A stretch of DNA of 64,000 nucleotides from Tricharina praecox (GCF_024521635.1 NW_026250436.1:1-64000), one strand, 5' to 3'; shown: positions 12,451 to 25,200, numbered from the stretch's first letter. Translations and numbers: made by a program. The notes: generated from the sequence alone by a model not told the origin.

Positions 12451-12620
12451 AATGAGCGTGGGCTTTTGTTTTTGTGGTGCTTTGTTTTGGTAGGCAGCGG
12501 TGCAGCGTCGAGCCGCGGCGGTAGAGCGCTCTCTCACCCCAAGGAGCTGGCAGGAAAGGTCGGATTTTGTGGTCGTCATTATCGAATAATGCCGTATGCG
12601 GAATAGTTGATGTTCTCTCT
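12451..12620. repeat. Dispersed repeat copy 2 (same orientation as 5402-5567)
   Basis: Shares aatgagcgtgg, an identical 21-mer ggagctggcaggaaaggtcgg (5482-5502 = 12543-12563) and the …tgatgttctct tail. Confidence 0.8.
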
Positions 12621-13681
12621 ATATATACATTATACACGGTACATCGTTCTCTTACCTAGTACCCAACGTGTTGGAGGTGGACACTGCCAGCGAGGCGGCT
12701 AGGGTGAAGAGATGGGGGACAACGGCACGATAGGTATGTGGAGGATTCTAGTAGGGGCTTGACTCCAACCGATATGGACGGGGGCAGGAGGGAGAGCGAA
12801 GTGCTGAGTGCCTTTGGCATGGATCGGGGGCGGTAATTTGGTTCGGGCGGAATTGGGATTCCCTTTATCTCTTCCTTCGTTATCTCTACTTTGCGGCTAA
12901 TGGTATCGCTCGACCAAGGCAGTCACCTGCGGCATCTTGTGATGGAAAACGGCTGTGCATTAGCCACGGTCTGGATCAACTGTAGCTGTGCGGTGAATGG
13001 AAAGTTGAATAAAGTTGATACATGGTACAGGAGAAGCGAAGTGTTGTAGTAGAGATGTGCAGACTTCAAGACACCATTCGGTTACGGATACGGTAGGTTC
13101 AATTGCGGGTCTAGCCACAAGCATCGTAGCTTGGAAGGGACGCCTTTGACGATTTCTTATATTCACATCACAAGCGATCACTCAAATTGTAACCACACGA
13201 CATCACTCACTAGTACTGTTCTGGAGGTAAAAGAAATTCTTATCGAGCTATTAGCGGCATTTCCACCTCGGGGTGTGGCCCGTTGCGAATAATACTTAAC
13301 TTTGGGAAGTTTTCTGGAAATTTTGTCGCCTGGAGGCATCATCGTATCGCCCTCTTAGAATCGTTTAGTTGTCAGCTGTCATTGGCTGCAGCCAGTATAG
13401 AAAGGTGCTGGGGCTCCTTTACTCAGCAGCAACAAGTGGACTACTCGAAAGGTCAACCAAATGTGTACGGCGCTGCTTGCATTATCGTGATAAAGGATCA
13501 TGCATACTCGAATTCGAAGATGTGAGGCTGCAAGGCAGCTACAAAGAATGACCAAAGTACATCACCAATCAAGCGCAGTATTTCCATCAATCCACCTATC
13601 CAAGCTAAATACTTCCCCTAAGTCTCAATAAAACCACCACATCAACTATTGCACGGTGGGGGGTGGTGGAAGCACTATCCC

Positions 13682-14104
13682 TCAAGCACCACAAGGATTG
13701 GCTTTACCTCCCGCGCAACTACCCCTAGGACCATACGCGCAGCAACCCCCGCTGGGCGCGCACTCAAAGATCCACCCGGTATGGGGAGAGGGATATGCGT
13801 TTAGATTTCCGGCGCTCCTGACCGCATTGCAAGCCCAGCAGTATTGGCCCTGCTTCGTCCCGGGACGGCATTTGCAACCGTTGTTCTTGCAGGCCCGCTT
13901 CTGGAGCATGTGGCCGTCGTCGTCGTCGCGGGCAAGGATTGGGCTGATGTTTTCACGCTTCACGCCTGGGACGGCTGCGGCGTCACGCTCGACCTTGACG
14001 CCCGGGGCGGCTTCGGCGATGGCGGCAGCGTCGGGAGATGGGTGTGACGATACGAGGCTCATGGAAAGAGCCGTGAGTAGAAGGAGCGGAGTGGTAAAAT
14101 ACAT
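13682..14104 (-). CDS. Small secreted cysteine-rich prepropeptide (140 aa; predicted 70-aa mature peptide with 10 Cys after a Kex2-type KR site)
   Basis: Intronless ATG-to-TGA ORF. Signal peptide MYFTTPLLLLTALSMSLVSS. Ala/acidic pro-region with two KR sites. Mature region ACKNNGCKC…YCWAC…FECAPSGGCCAYG…SC…PCGA. Confidence 0.85.
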   Translation of the reverse strand: MYFTTPLLLLTALSMSLVSSHPSPDAAAIAEAAPGVKVERDAAAVPGVKRENISPILARDDDDGHMLQKRACKNNGCKCRPGTKQGQYCWACNAVRSAGNLNAYPSPHTGWIFECAPSGGCCAYGPRGSCAGGKANPCGA

Positions 14105-17100
14105 GGGTGTGGCGGTTGGTGGAGTTATCTGGTGAAGTCAGAAATGGAGTTCCGGGCTGATGGTTCGGTGGCGGAAACTTCACCTGTTATCGAGATAGTT
14201 GTAAGCGGATAAGGATAATGTAGTGAGGGGGACTGAGACGGAAGCCATGGGTGGAGACCGGAGGGCTATTTATGTCTTTTGGTCCATGCTTGTGGAGGAG
14301 CTCAGCCATCCACTCTGACAAAGGAAGGAACTCGGATACAAACAGCGGAAGCCTTGAAAAGTGATAACTGGGATTATCTACCTCAAGATGCAACAATAGG
14401 CCGAAATATGAGATTCCCATATCATAATAAAAAACCTAAGGGATCAATCGTTCATACAATGTTGACCTGCAGCCGCAAGGTCCAGGTTCAGCCGTTACCG
14501 CTCCCTGCATCACGGGAAGCGGCCAGCCTTTGAGGTATCAAATCGCATGTTGCACTTTCGCTGGAAATCTTTTCCAAGGGGTTTGCTAAACAAAAGTAGT
14601 AAACGAATCGAGCATCGTTGATCACGGAAACCGTTATGGGGGGCCTGTATGCATGTGCAGCCGGCGATTGATTTGAATAACGTCTCCGCGCAAACCTTAA
14701 CAGACTCTATAATTTTAAAACGTCTGTCCATCTGAATTTACCACTGATGGTACGTTTCATTGGTGAAGATAGCCAGTAGGCGTAGGTAAATAGGTCGTCC
14801 ACGTACAGACAATGTCTCAATCCAACCAGCTAGGTAATGGATAGTTTCAGAAGAAGAAAGATTTATATCACATCCCATTAGGCAATATCCATTAACAATC
14901 ATGGTGATACCATCTTCGCCTCAGCGTGCCACAATCGTGAAGAAATACGAGGCTTGGTCAATCAAATAACCCAGAACGTTATTTTCACTACCGTATCCGA
15001 AGCGACACGTCCTGTTCCACGACGTATAAAACGTCCGGTAGTACGGAGTGCGCCTTTGCGGGGATATTCTCCAATCCGTCGCGATACCGGCCCGCGTCGA
15101 TCCTTCGAGTGCGGGAGCGTGACGCAGCTTTCGTTTCCCCCGGGGGTGTGCTATGTGACATGTGTTAATGTTGAAAGGCATTGAAACTGTAGTGCAGAAT
15201 GCGGCTAACCAGTAGGGCTTTGGAGTAACTAGCCATGTGATTCTTGAGGTGTATCCGGATCGATGATACACCTAGGTTCCAAGCGTGTATGTACCACGTG
15301 CAAGGTGCTCGCCGTATGCCGTTTGAAACACATTCCAAATACACGACCGAAACGACGGACGCGATACGGCCTAAAATCATGCAAGCAAGTAATGTTTACT
15401 CTATCTCACTTTCCAAAGAATTCAAGTGCCGATTCTCCTAGATATGAGGATACGACTTTCGTCAGGCATCAAGGGTCGATTGAACCTGGTTTATTTCGGG
15501 CTGGCCGCCGCGTAGATGGCTGTATGGTTTGACGAGCATGAATAACTGCTGGTGAGTAAACCAGAAGTCGTTGTTACATTGCATGTGCTTCTACTCGTCA
15601 AAAAGGACCAGTTGTGTTCCCCACGGAAAACGAATCCTGGGCGAGTGATTTCCGGTGATATGTAGTACCGGTGGTAAAAACTTGGAACTGGCTAGGATAT
15701 TTGGAGATGGGAACGATTGCACTACATCGCTCTTTTCGCAGGAGGTAGTAGTAATTCACCGTGAGCTCGAATATTGGACATCGTTGACTACCACAGTTAC
15801 CAAGTGTGTGCATGTTTCCGAGGTTACTCGGGTGGAGGGGGCTGGGTAAGGCGTTGCTGGATTGGTTGCAATGAGGTGTGCAGATAAATTGCAGAAAATG
15901 TGGAGAATGCTACCACAAGCGAGAGCTGGGCCCACTTGGGAGCTTACAAGAATTGACTGCACCAAGTTTGCATGGACAAACAGCAACACCTTCAACAATG
16001 CCATGAGTAGCCGGTCCTGAAATACTTAGCACCATTGAGATGGTTGATCTGTTGGAGAGAAGTGATGTTAGTACGCATGGTTTTCTCGGACTCGTTACAA
16101 CTTTTTGCTGAATAGACTTCAACTGATACGTTTTTGGCGTTCGGTGTCCGATTGCCTCGTTCATGTGCACCATACCGCCGGACCTCTTGATTGATTGATC
16201 GATTGATTGTTCATACAGCATGGAACCCGAAGGTTATGGTCGATACAGATATCTACAATACAACATTTCGACAAAGAAATTCCACCACCAAATCCATACA
16301 GAAACGACAAGCCAAATCCCTTCGTCTCGCAATATTCTGAAAGTGAGCCTCCGAAGAGGCTCGGGTTGTCGGTTTTGCGCTGTAGCGGCGCTTCGTAGCC
16401 CTCCTCTTCTCCAAAAGATACCTCCACTCGGTACTACCCTCAACATAACCAGTCTAGCGCACACGGCACGGTGCTCGAAAGGAATCGTCGTCTCGGGGTT
16501 TGCGTAGCTGTCAAGGCCGGGGCCCGATGAATAGCAGCGAAGATATTTGGATCGAAGGCGGGACTGGCAAAATGCCGGTTGTCATGGTCGACGTTGTCCT
16601 GGGCCAAGCCCTGAGCTCTCCGCCTGGAGTTCACTCTCCTCCCCGCCGTGGCCGTATCGCCTGCTAAACAGGCTCTCCTAGAGTGATAAAATGGATGATG
16701 ATGTGCGGGGAAGCGATGGTGAGACTTCTTTAGAGGTTCGGACGTAGCACCCGTGGTGGTGCAGTTCTCCGGCCAGGGACCGAGGCTCGATTGATCTCTA
16801 TCGCTTCATACTCATCGTCGTCAAATTCGTCGGTCGGGGCACTCAATCCGCGGTCGGAAAGAGTGGACACACACGCCACATGAATCCTGAAGCCAAAGTG
16901 AGCGGGGCATTTGGTGTGCCAACGCATAGTCTTGGCATTTTTGGAAGGTTGGTGTGGTTGTCGGAGGTGTGTGTACCGCCGGACCTCTTACCGCAACGGT
17001 TTTGGCTGGTCCACTGCCGTGGCGACTGTGCAAGCCTAAAAAACTGTGGGTAGCACCACCAAGCATTCCGTTTCCATTGCCTTATTTTTTCGTCTCTGTA

Positions 17101-17469
17101 TTCTTTCGTATGTTACCGGTATTCCAAGTACTGTACATAACGTATCCTACGTTCCATCACATTGTGACCTAGGTAGCTGGGTGGTGGCAAGCGCGAATCA
17201 CACGCTTGCTTGTCATACGCGCATTTAGCCTGCCTATTTTACTCTAGACTATTGCAGCGTACCTTTTTTCCGTTCCTGTCCACAGTTCAAATGAATGGCT
17301 TGGTGTGGCGTCCTGGTTCCACGCGCGCCTCCTAAGCACGAACGAGCTTCACTAGTAGTAATGAAGTCCACCAAGGGGAGCTCACTGTGCGCAATGATTT
17401 CGGCCTTCTTCCTCACACCTCCATCAACTCTGTCACTCGCAGGTCCGCCAGCGCGCCGTGTAAATTTAC

Positions 17470-17507
17470 ACGCGGCAATCTTCAAACGCGGCAATCTTCA
17501 AACGCGA
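17470..17507. repeat. Perfect 16-bp tandem duplication in the DBP9 upstream region
   Basis: acgcggcaatcttcaa occurs twice, followed by acgcga. Confidence 0.85.
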
Positions 17508-17660
17508 CATCGAGTGACACGCCATGGTACGGAACTTCCCGATAATTAGCGTGACACCTTTACCCTGCCACGCTAACCTGCATCTTCACAGCAAAAAAAA
17601 CTTTTGAAACGCTTCAACCCAAAATCCACGTCCACCCCACACGAACACACACGAAACGCC

Positions 17661-19725
17661 ATGAAGCGAAAACAGATTTCCGACGATACGCCTACAGCGG
17701 CGGCACTGGTGACGGCAACGGCGGTGGAGGATGCAGAGACTACATTCGCATCCCTCGGTCTTGATGCTCGGCTGCTGCAGGGTGTTGCGACCCTTGGGTT
17801 CGCGAATCCTACGTTAGTGCAGGCGAAGGCGATTCCGTTGGCGCTGGAGGGGAAGGATATTCTCGGTATGGCTTCTGTACGGATGGTGGGGAGGAGTGCT
17901 GGCGCGCGGTGCTGATCGATGGGTGGTATAGCGAGGGCGAAGACTGGCTCGGGAAAGACGGCGGCGTACCTGCTGCCGATTCTGCACAGCATATTAAAAA
18001 CGAAAGAGGTGAGATCGAGTCCTGTGTGCTTGCGGGAGGGGCGGTGAGTGGTGGGTGACTAAACGTGGGGAATTGTGGCTGCAGGAATCACCAAACGAAA
18101 AGGCGACGCGCGCATTCATCCTCGTGCCCACGAAAGAGCTGGCGGAGCAGGTCCTCAAGATGACCGAGAAGCTTGCGCAGTTCTGCGGAAAGGCGGTCCG
18201 CGCCGTCAACATTGCGCAGAACGTGTCGGAACAGGTGCAGAGATCGCTGCTCGCCGAGAACCCCGATATTGTCATCTCCACACCCTCAAGAGCGCTGTTA
18301 CACATCAACCTCTCCGGCCAAGCTCTGGTCGCCAATGTTTCGCAGATGGTCATTGATGAGGCGGATCTGGTGCTGTCATACGGTTATGATGATGACCTGC
18401 AGGCGATCGCGAAAGCGCTGCCGAAAGGACTGCAGACATTCTTGATGAGTGCCACCTTGACGAAGGAAGTCGAGACGCTGAAATCCTTGTTTTGCCGGAG
18501 TCCAGTGATTCTGCGACTGCATGAGGACGAGGAGGACGTAGAGGGTGAAGGCGTTAGCCAATACGTTGTGAAGTGGGTCTCCACCTCCAATGTGCCTTAT
18601 ACCCCATCACTGACCACGAATAGGTGTGCCGAGGACGAGAAATTCCTGCTCATTTACGTAATTTTCAAGCTTAAACTAATAAAGGGCAAATGCATTGTCT
18701 TTGTGGGCGAGATCGACCGCTGCTACCGTCTCAAACTCTTCCTTGAGCAATTCGGCATCCGATCTTGCGTGCTCAACTCCGAGCTCCCCGTCAACTCCCG
18801 CCTGCACATCGTCGAGGAGTTCAACAAGGGCGTGTACGACATCATCATCGCGACGGACGAGAACGAAGTAGTAGGCGACGAGGAGGACGAGTTGCCGGAG
18901 AAGAAGAAGAAGAAGAACTCTACCCCGGCCGACGTCGAGATGCCCGACGCAGACGCAGACGCAGAAGCAGCAGTCGCCGAAGCCACAACACAAAAGAAGA
19001 AGAAGCGCAAGAAGCCGCGCCTTGACAAAGAATACGGCGTGTCGCGCGGCATCGACTTCCAAAACGTCGCGTGCGTCCTCAACTTCGACCTCCCCACCTC
19101 CGCAAAATCGTACACCCACCGGATAGGCCGGACCGCGCGCGCCGGAAAAACCGGCATGGCCATGACCTTCGTGGTGCCCGAGAAGCTGCACGGAAAACAC
19201 AAGCCGACGACCATCCCCACCACGGCGAACGACGAAAAGCTGCTCGCAAAGATCACCGCCCAGCAGGCAAAGAAGGGCAAGCAGGTGAAGCCGTACATCT
19301 TCGACATGGAGCAAGTGCAGAGCTTCCGGTACCGCATGGACGACGCGCTGCGTGCGGTAACACGGACCGCCATCCGCGAGGCGCGGACCCGCGAGCTGCG
19401 ACAGGAGCTGCTGGCGAGTGAGAAGCTGAAGCGCCATTTCGAGGAGAACCCCGAGGACCTGAAGCATTTGCGACACGACGGAGAGCTGCGCGCGGCACGC
19501 ATCCAGCCGCATCTGAAACACGTGCCGGAATATCTGCTGCCGAAGGACGGAACTGCGGCGTTAACGTCCGGCCCGGATATCAGCGGTGTGGGCCTGAAAA
19601 AGAGCGGCGAGAATAGGATCAGGAAGGCGAGAGAGAGGAATAAGAGGGTGCGGAAGAATGCGGCGACGAGAGGGAAGGGCAGGGATCCGTTGAAGATGTT
19701 CAAAGGAGGAAAGGGTAAGAAGTAA
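17661..19725 (+). CDS. DBP9: DEAD-box RNA helicase Dbp9/DDX56 (60S biogenesis), 3 introns
   Basis: Q motif [50 protein letters not shown], and the C-terminal [13 protein letters not shown]…[14 protein letters not shown]…HVPEYL. Introns at about 17867-17930, 18009-18083 and 18573-18623. Confidence 0.95.
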
Positions 19726-20252
19726 ATGGAAAATGGTAATCCGCACAAGCAGTTGTATCTATAGCACATGAGGAGTATTGACATTGTTACGGTGTTGCGG
19801 GCAAAGTAGGCGATCATAATAAAACGTTCTGTTGTGCAGTGATCACTTGCCACTAGGAAGTTCGATCCGTGAATTTAATGGAAGATGCCCTCTTGAGAAG
19901 CGAAGATCTCAGTAATAATGGCAAGCACCGTCCCAAAATGACGCACAAAGTGGTGCCTATCTTGACTGATCACTCGCTACTTGTCAACCAGCACCTTAAT
20001 GATAATTTCCAAGCCCACTGTAAAGATCAGAGCGAAGGGCAATTGAAGCCACATCAGACCGGTTCGAAAGTTGGATTGGACAGTGGATACAGAAACGGAG
20101 TGTGTGCATTGCCATGAACCAGATATTTATGTCGCTTTCAATCAACGAGTACATTATAAACAAAAAAAACCAAACCCGCCCGCCCGCTGTGCAATTAAAA
20201 CGCAAACCCACACACACACACACTCTCTGCCAATCTATCCCCCAGCACCTAG

Positions 20253-21730
20253 CTAATCCAAGCTCCAAGCGCCCCTAACCAGCTTCCTTAGCGTAGGCTC
20301 CTCATCCTCCTCGCTATCGTCGAAATCATACTCCTCGTCGCCAGGTGCGGTCCTTGAACGCCAGGGGCGCCACTTACTCGCCACACCGCCGTTTTCATTC
20401 TCGCTGTCGTCGTAGTCATCCTCGTCCTCGTCGCTGCCTTCGTCGTCGTTGTGCCCGCCGCCGTACTCATCCTCCTCGTCTTCGCCGCCCGCGGGCTCGT
20501 CCGGGTAGTCGTTGGTGTGGAAGTCCTCCGCTGTAGGTGGGGGGTTAGCTGCGTGTAAGGATTGTGGGGTGGTGTGGACGATGCATGGATGGGCTTACCA
20601 TTAGAGTCCTCGTCGTCGGACCCGTACACGTCGCTCAGATTATCCTCCTCCTCGGCGCCCTCGTACCACCACGCCTCATCCTCGCTCTCGGCGAACACGA
20701 TGACTCCATAGTCCTCGGTGGTCTCCATAGCCACTGTGCCCGCAGGTACCTCCTCACGGATATACACGTCGTAGACGAACCCGTCCTCGTCCTCGTCGTC
20801 ATCGGTCATATTGACGTCTTTATCTTTATTCTCCGCCCACGTCCCGCCGCCAACACCGCCGCCGACCCGATCCTTGACTGCGGGAGTAGTCGTAGGCGGA
20901 AGATTCCGGATCCCCTCGTTGGTGGAAGGGTCGAGGTACTCGAGGATCAGCTTCTCCATCTCCCGGCTGAGCGCGTCCCCATCCGCCAGTTGCTCAACGA
21001 CTACAGCCTTCTCCCGCTCCTCGCGGAAAAGTTCCTTCTCTTTCGGATGCGTTCGCGGGCGCTTGCGCTCCTTCTGCACCTTTTCCCCCTCCCTCTCCCC
21101 CTCCACTTTCTTTTCCCCCTCCCCCTCCCCCCCCACCATCCCCCCACCCGCACCCTCTTCATCCCTCAGTTGAACAAAAACCGCCCCCCTCGACCCGGCC
21201 CCCGCCCCAAGAGCACCGTAGGGATGTGCCCTCCCCCTCTTCCTAGTAAGCTGATACCTGCGCACGGGCGCAATCTTCCGTCTCTTATCAGCACTAACCT
21301 CTGGGAGCCCGCCCTCCTCGCCCACCTCTGTTCCCGCGCGTTTCCTGCCCGGTTTGCCCGCATCGTCTACCGCTTTGCCCGTGTCGTCGAGTACCGCCGG
21401 AATTTGCGAGGAGGTGAAGGGGGAGGGGGAGGAGGAAGGTTGGAACGGCAATGTATGCGCCAGCCGGAAGATATATGATGGTCCTGCGGTGCCGGTGGAG
21501 GTGGAGGTGGCGCTGGTGGGAGTGCCGGGCGTGGAGAGCTTGGGACGCTTGGACGACGAGGTGCTGGGGAGCGAGAGTGTTGGGTTGACGTACAACGCGG
21601 TTACCGGGGTGTCTTCGCGCGCACGCTTGATGCGGATTGTTGACGGGGGTATTGGGGCGACGGGGGCGGTGGGTAAGGCGCCGGGCGGACCGACGGGGCC
21701 GGGTTGTGGGATTGGACTTGTGGTGGACAT
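20253..21730 (-). CDS. IWR1: Iwr1-like RNA polymerase II nuclear import factor, 1 intron
   Basis: N-terminal IRIKR.R motif and FVYDVYIRE. The spliced DDEDSN|AEDFHTNDYPDE matches the Iwr1 signature, and an acidic tail follows. Intron at about 20532-20598 (GTAAGC…GCTAAC…CAG). Stop after LVRGAWSLD. Confidence 0.85.
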
Positions 21731-22248
21731 TGCTTGCTTGTGTTGTTGGTTTGGTTTCGTTTGGTCAAGGTGAATTTGAATGGAGGGGTTGAATGAAGGT
21801 AGGAGAAATGAGGTGGGATGGATCCAGGGATGGTGGAGCAAGCGAGTGGGCATTGGGCTAGCCTTTTATTGCATCATACAATCAGTTGTGCAATGTAAGT
21901 TTACCCGGCACCATGGGTTACTGTTCGTTCCCCCTCATCACCACGACTCACTCAATTCTAAGCATACCCACCTCTCTCTCTCTTATCGCGTCCAGATATC
22001 CCATCACCCCCCTTTGTAAAATCTCACGGCCACCTCCCTCCTCCCTCCGTATCCAGTCGAATCTGATCGAATGAAAAAAAAATCAAAAACAAGATCACAA
22101 CAAAATCAAAATCACACGAACTACTATAACTGAAGTAACTCCCACGCAGATGCAGCAACATAGGTACACAAAGCAGGGACACCCCCACCCAGCCACAAAA
22201 CAAACAAAAATAAATCTCATTGGAAAGACCGAGTGAGAAAGAAGAAAA

Positions 22249-25200
22249 TCAAGCGGCAACAGTAACAAGCTGCTGTGGCCGGTTCAGCGGCGTAACGCTC
22301 ATGAGTGCCGTCGCCAGATCGTTGGGTAGGATCGGCTTGGCGATGTGCATTCGCATTCCGGCGTCGTGACATTTCTCGCGGTCGCTGGCGGTGGCGTTGG
22401 CCGTCAGTGCGATTATGGTGGGCCGTTCGTGGTCAGCGTAGCGTCGGCCGAGCTCTATGGACGTCTCAATGCCATCTGCGCGCGGCATTTGGATGTCCAT
22501 CAGGATGACCTACAGTTATCAGTCAGGAATAGTTACACTCGTGGTTGGACAGAGAGAGGGTGGACTGACATCAAACATCTCATCCTTCGCTGCAGCAGCC
22601 TCGCACAGCTCAAGCACCTCGATCCCATCCTTGGCATGCTGCGCGGAATACCCCATCCTCTTCAGATGCTGCAATGCAACCCTCGTATTCAACGGATTAT
22701 CCTCGGCGAGGAGAATATTAAGTGGGTGTCTAGTCGACAACGTCTTCAGCAGCTCCAGCTCCGGCTTCTTGGTATTCATCTCTAGCTTCTTCGCCTGTGG
22801 GTTCAGCGCGTCATGGACAGCTGAGACGTAGCGCTTCCGCGGTGCGGGGCGCACGAATGATACCGAGCACTGGTTGTCGAGGACGTGCGCAGGAATCGTG
22901 GCACCGAAGCGAGACATGAGGATGACTTTGATGTTGGGATCGAAGGTGTGGAACTTCTCAAAGATGTTGTAGGTATTGTCGACCGACAGGTCCACCAGTG
23001 CCACATCGAAGAATCCCTTCCCATTGCTGTGCAGTGCTTCCAGTGTTGATTCATAGGTGCTGGTCCTGGTGACCTTCAACCCCTCAACCTCCAGTTCATC
23101 TGCCAGGATATGCGACGAGATCTTGTGCGCATCGGCAACGATCGCCTTCCGTCCCTCGAGCCTCGGATCCGTATGCCAGACCTTCTGCATGACTTCGGCG
23201 ACGATTGCGAAGTGGAAAGTGGTGCCTTTACCCTCTTCGCTCTCGAACCAAATATCGCCGCCCATCATCAGCGCCAGTTTCTTCGAGATGGCAAGTCCAA
23301 GACCGGTTCCACCATACGTCCTTCTCGTCGAGGTATCAACCTGCGAAAATGCCCTGAAAAGTCTGCTGAACGCACTCTCTGGGATACCAATACCCGTGTC
23401 CTTGACCGAGACACTGATCCTCCACCGACTGTCGTTAGGCAGCTGCTGCGCTTGAGAAGTGACGACGATGTATCCGGCCTGGGTGAACTTGACCGCGTTA
23501 CCGATGAGATTGATGATGCACTGCCGGAAGCGGGTGATGTCGCCGACAATAAACTCAATGTTGGAGCATTTATTCCGGTACGCCAGTTCCAGATCCTTCG
23601 TGGCCGCCGGTTCCGCAACCAGCAGCAAAGCTCCTTCGACGCAGTCTCGCAGCGAGAATGGGGACTTCTGCAGGTCGATCGCTCCATACTCGATCTTGGA
23701 GATATCCAGAATACCATCGATGATTTGCAGGGTGAGAACCGCCGAGTTTCGAATCGTCTCGACGTACTCCTTCTGCTGGTCCGTAAGGGCAGTATCCATC
23801 AGGAAGATCGAGCACGACAGCAAGGCGTTGAACGGAGTTCTAATCTCATGAGACATCTACACCACCCAATCAGCACATCTCACTACTACCCACTCAGAAA
23901 GAAACTCACATTCGCCAAGAAAGTCGACTTCTCCTCCGTCGCCTCCTCAGCCGCCTTCTTCGCAAGTTCCATCTGGCGGTACAGCCTAGCCTTATCGATC
24001 GTCACGGCCGCCTGGGTGCAGAGCAGATTCAGCAGCTCCTGCCGCTGGCGAGTAAACGCCGACCCGAGCACTTTATTTTCCAGGTACAGCACGCCCATGG
24101 TCTTGAGCTGATTCTGGATTGGCATGGCGAGCACACTCTTCGGGTTCTTGCCACGGAAGTAGATATCCCTCCCGTACGTCAGCTCGAACTTCGAGTCGTC
24201 GCCGCTGCGCAGGATCTGCTTTCCCAGGCTGGCAACGATGTTGATGACCGAAATCGGGACCAGATCCGGGCGACTATGTAGTGGTTCGTGCTCGAGAATA
24301 CTCACCTCGTCGAGTAATCCAACCGTCTCGACGAAGAGCTGCCCATCCTCCTGCAAGATCTGCCCATCCTCTTGCAAGATCAAAACGCCATAATCCGCAC
24401 CGGCCGTCTGCAGCACACTCTTCATGAGGCTCACAATAACCTCCTCGAGATGGATGCCCTCGGAGATGACCAAACTCGCTTTCAACACCGTCCGGAAGTC
24501 CAGTTCCGACCCCAGGGACGAATCATTATTCCGTATCGAGGAGCAGTGCGACGCCGCCTCATCATCGTGCTGATCCGACGCCGAGAAGATATCTCTCATA
24601 CCACCAGTCCCGCCACCAGACGACAACGGGCCCTGCGGTAAGTACGGCTCGAATCCATAATCCTTCGCCTCGACAGTGATCCTCGAAACCCTCGGACTCT
24701 GCTTCGGCGACTGCGCAACGAGCGTATCCCGGATAGTGTTTTCGCTCGGATTCCTAAAAATCGCCGGCCTCGATTCCCTGAGGTTCGTGAACTCTTCCGA
24801 GAACTGCTTCCTCAGCTCATTGGCCTTATGCGTGGCGCCCCAGGCGTTGTAGCAGCGATACGACTCCTGGAGGTACGGCGCGGCACGCCTCTTCGAGATG
24901 TCATGCAACCAGCTACCGCAGCGCTCATTGATCAGAGCTGCGTCGTGGACGAACTCGCTCTTGTTCGCAAGGGAAATCGCACGATCGTAGCAATCCAGGA
25001 TCTGCAACTGCTGCGTGCAATCGGATATCCGCATCACCTCGGCCTCCAAGAGCACACTCTTATGCAGCCACGTAGCCTTCGCCCGGATACCCCATTCCTT
25101 GATGCAGACGATATTCTGGTCCAAGATCTCCCGCTGCTCTTCCGACAGTTCATCGTGTAAACTCAAAAACGCAACGGAAGAGTAGAACGCCGTAAGACCA

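Noticed and set aside
18676..19853. Long antisense ORFs over DBP9 (281 and 376 aa), with similar ones over IWR1, the histidine kinase, the Cdb4-like gene and AKR1
   Set aside because: These are expected shadows of GC-biased codon usage on the coding strand and have no recognisable domains.
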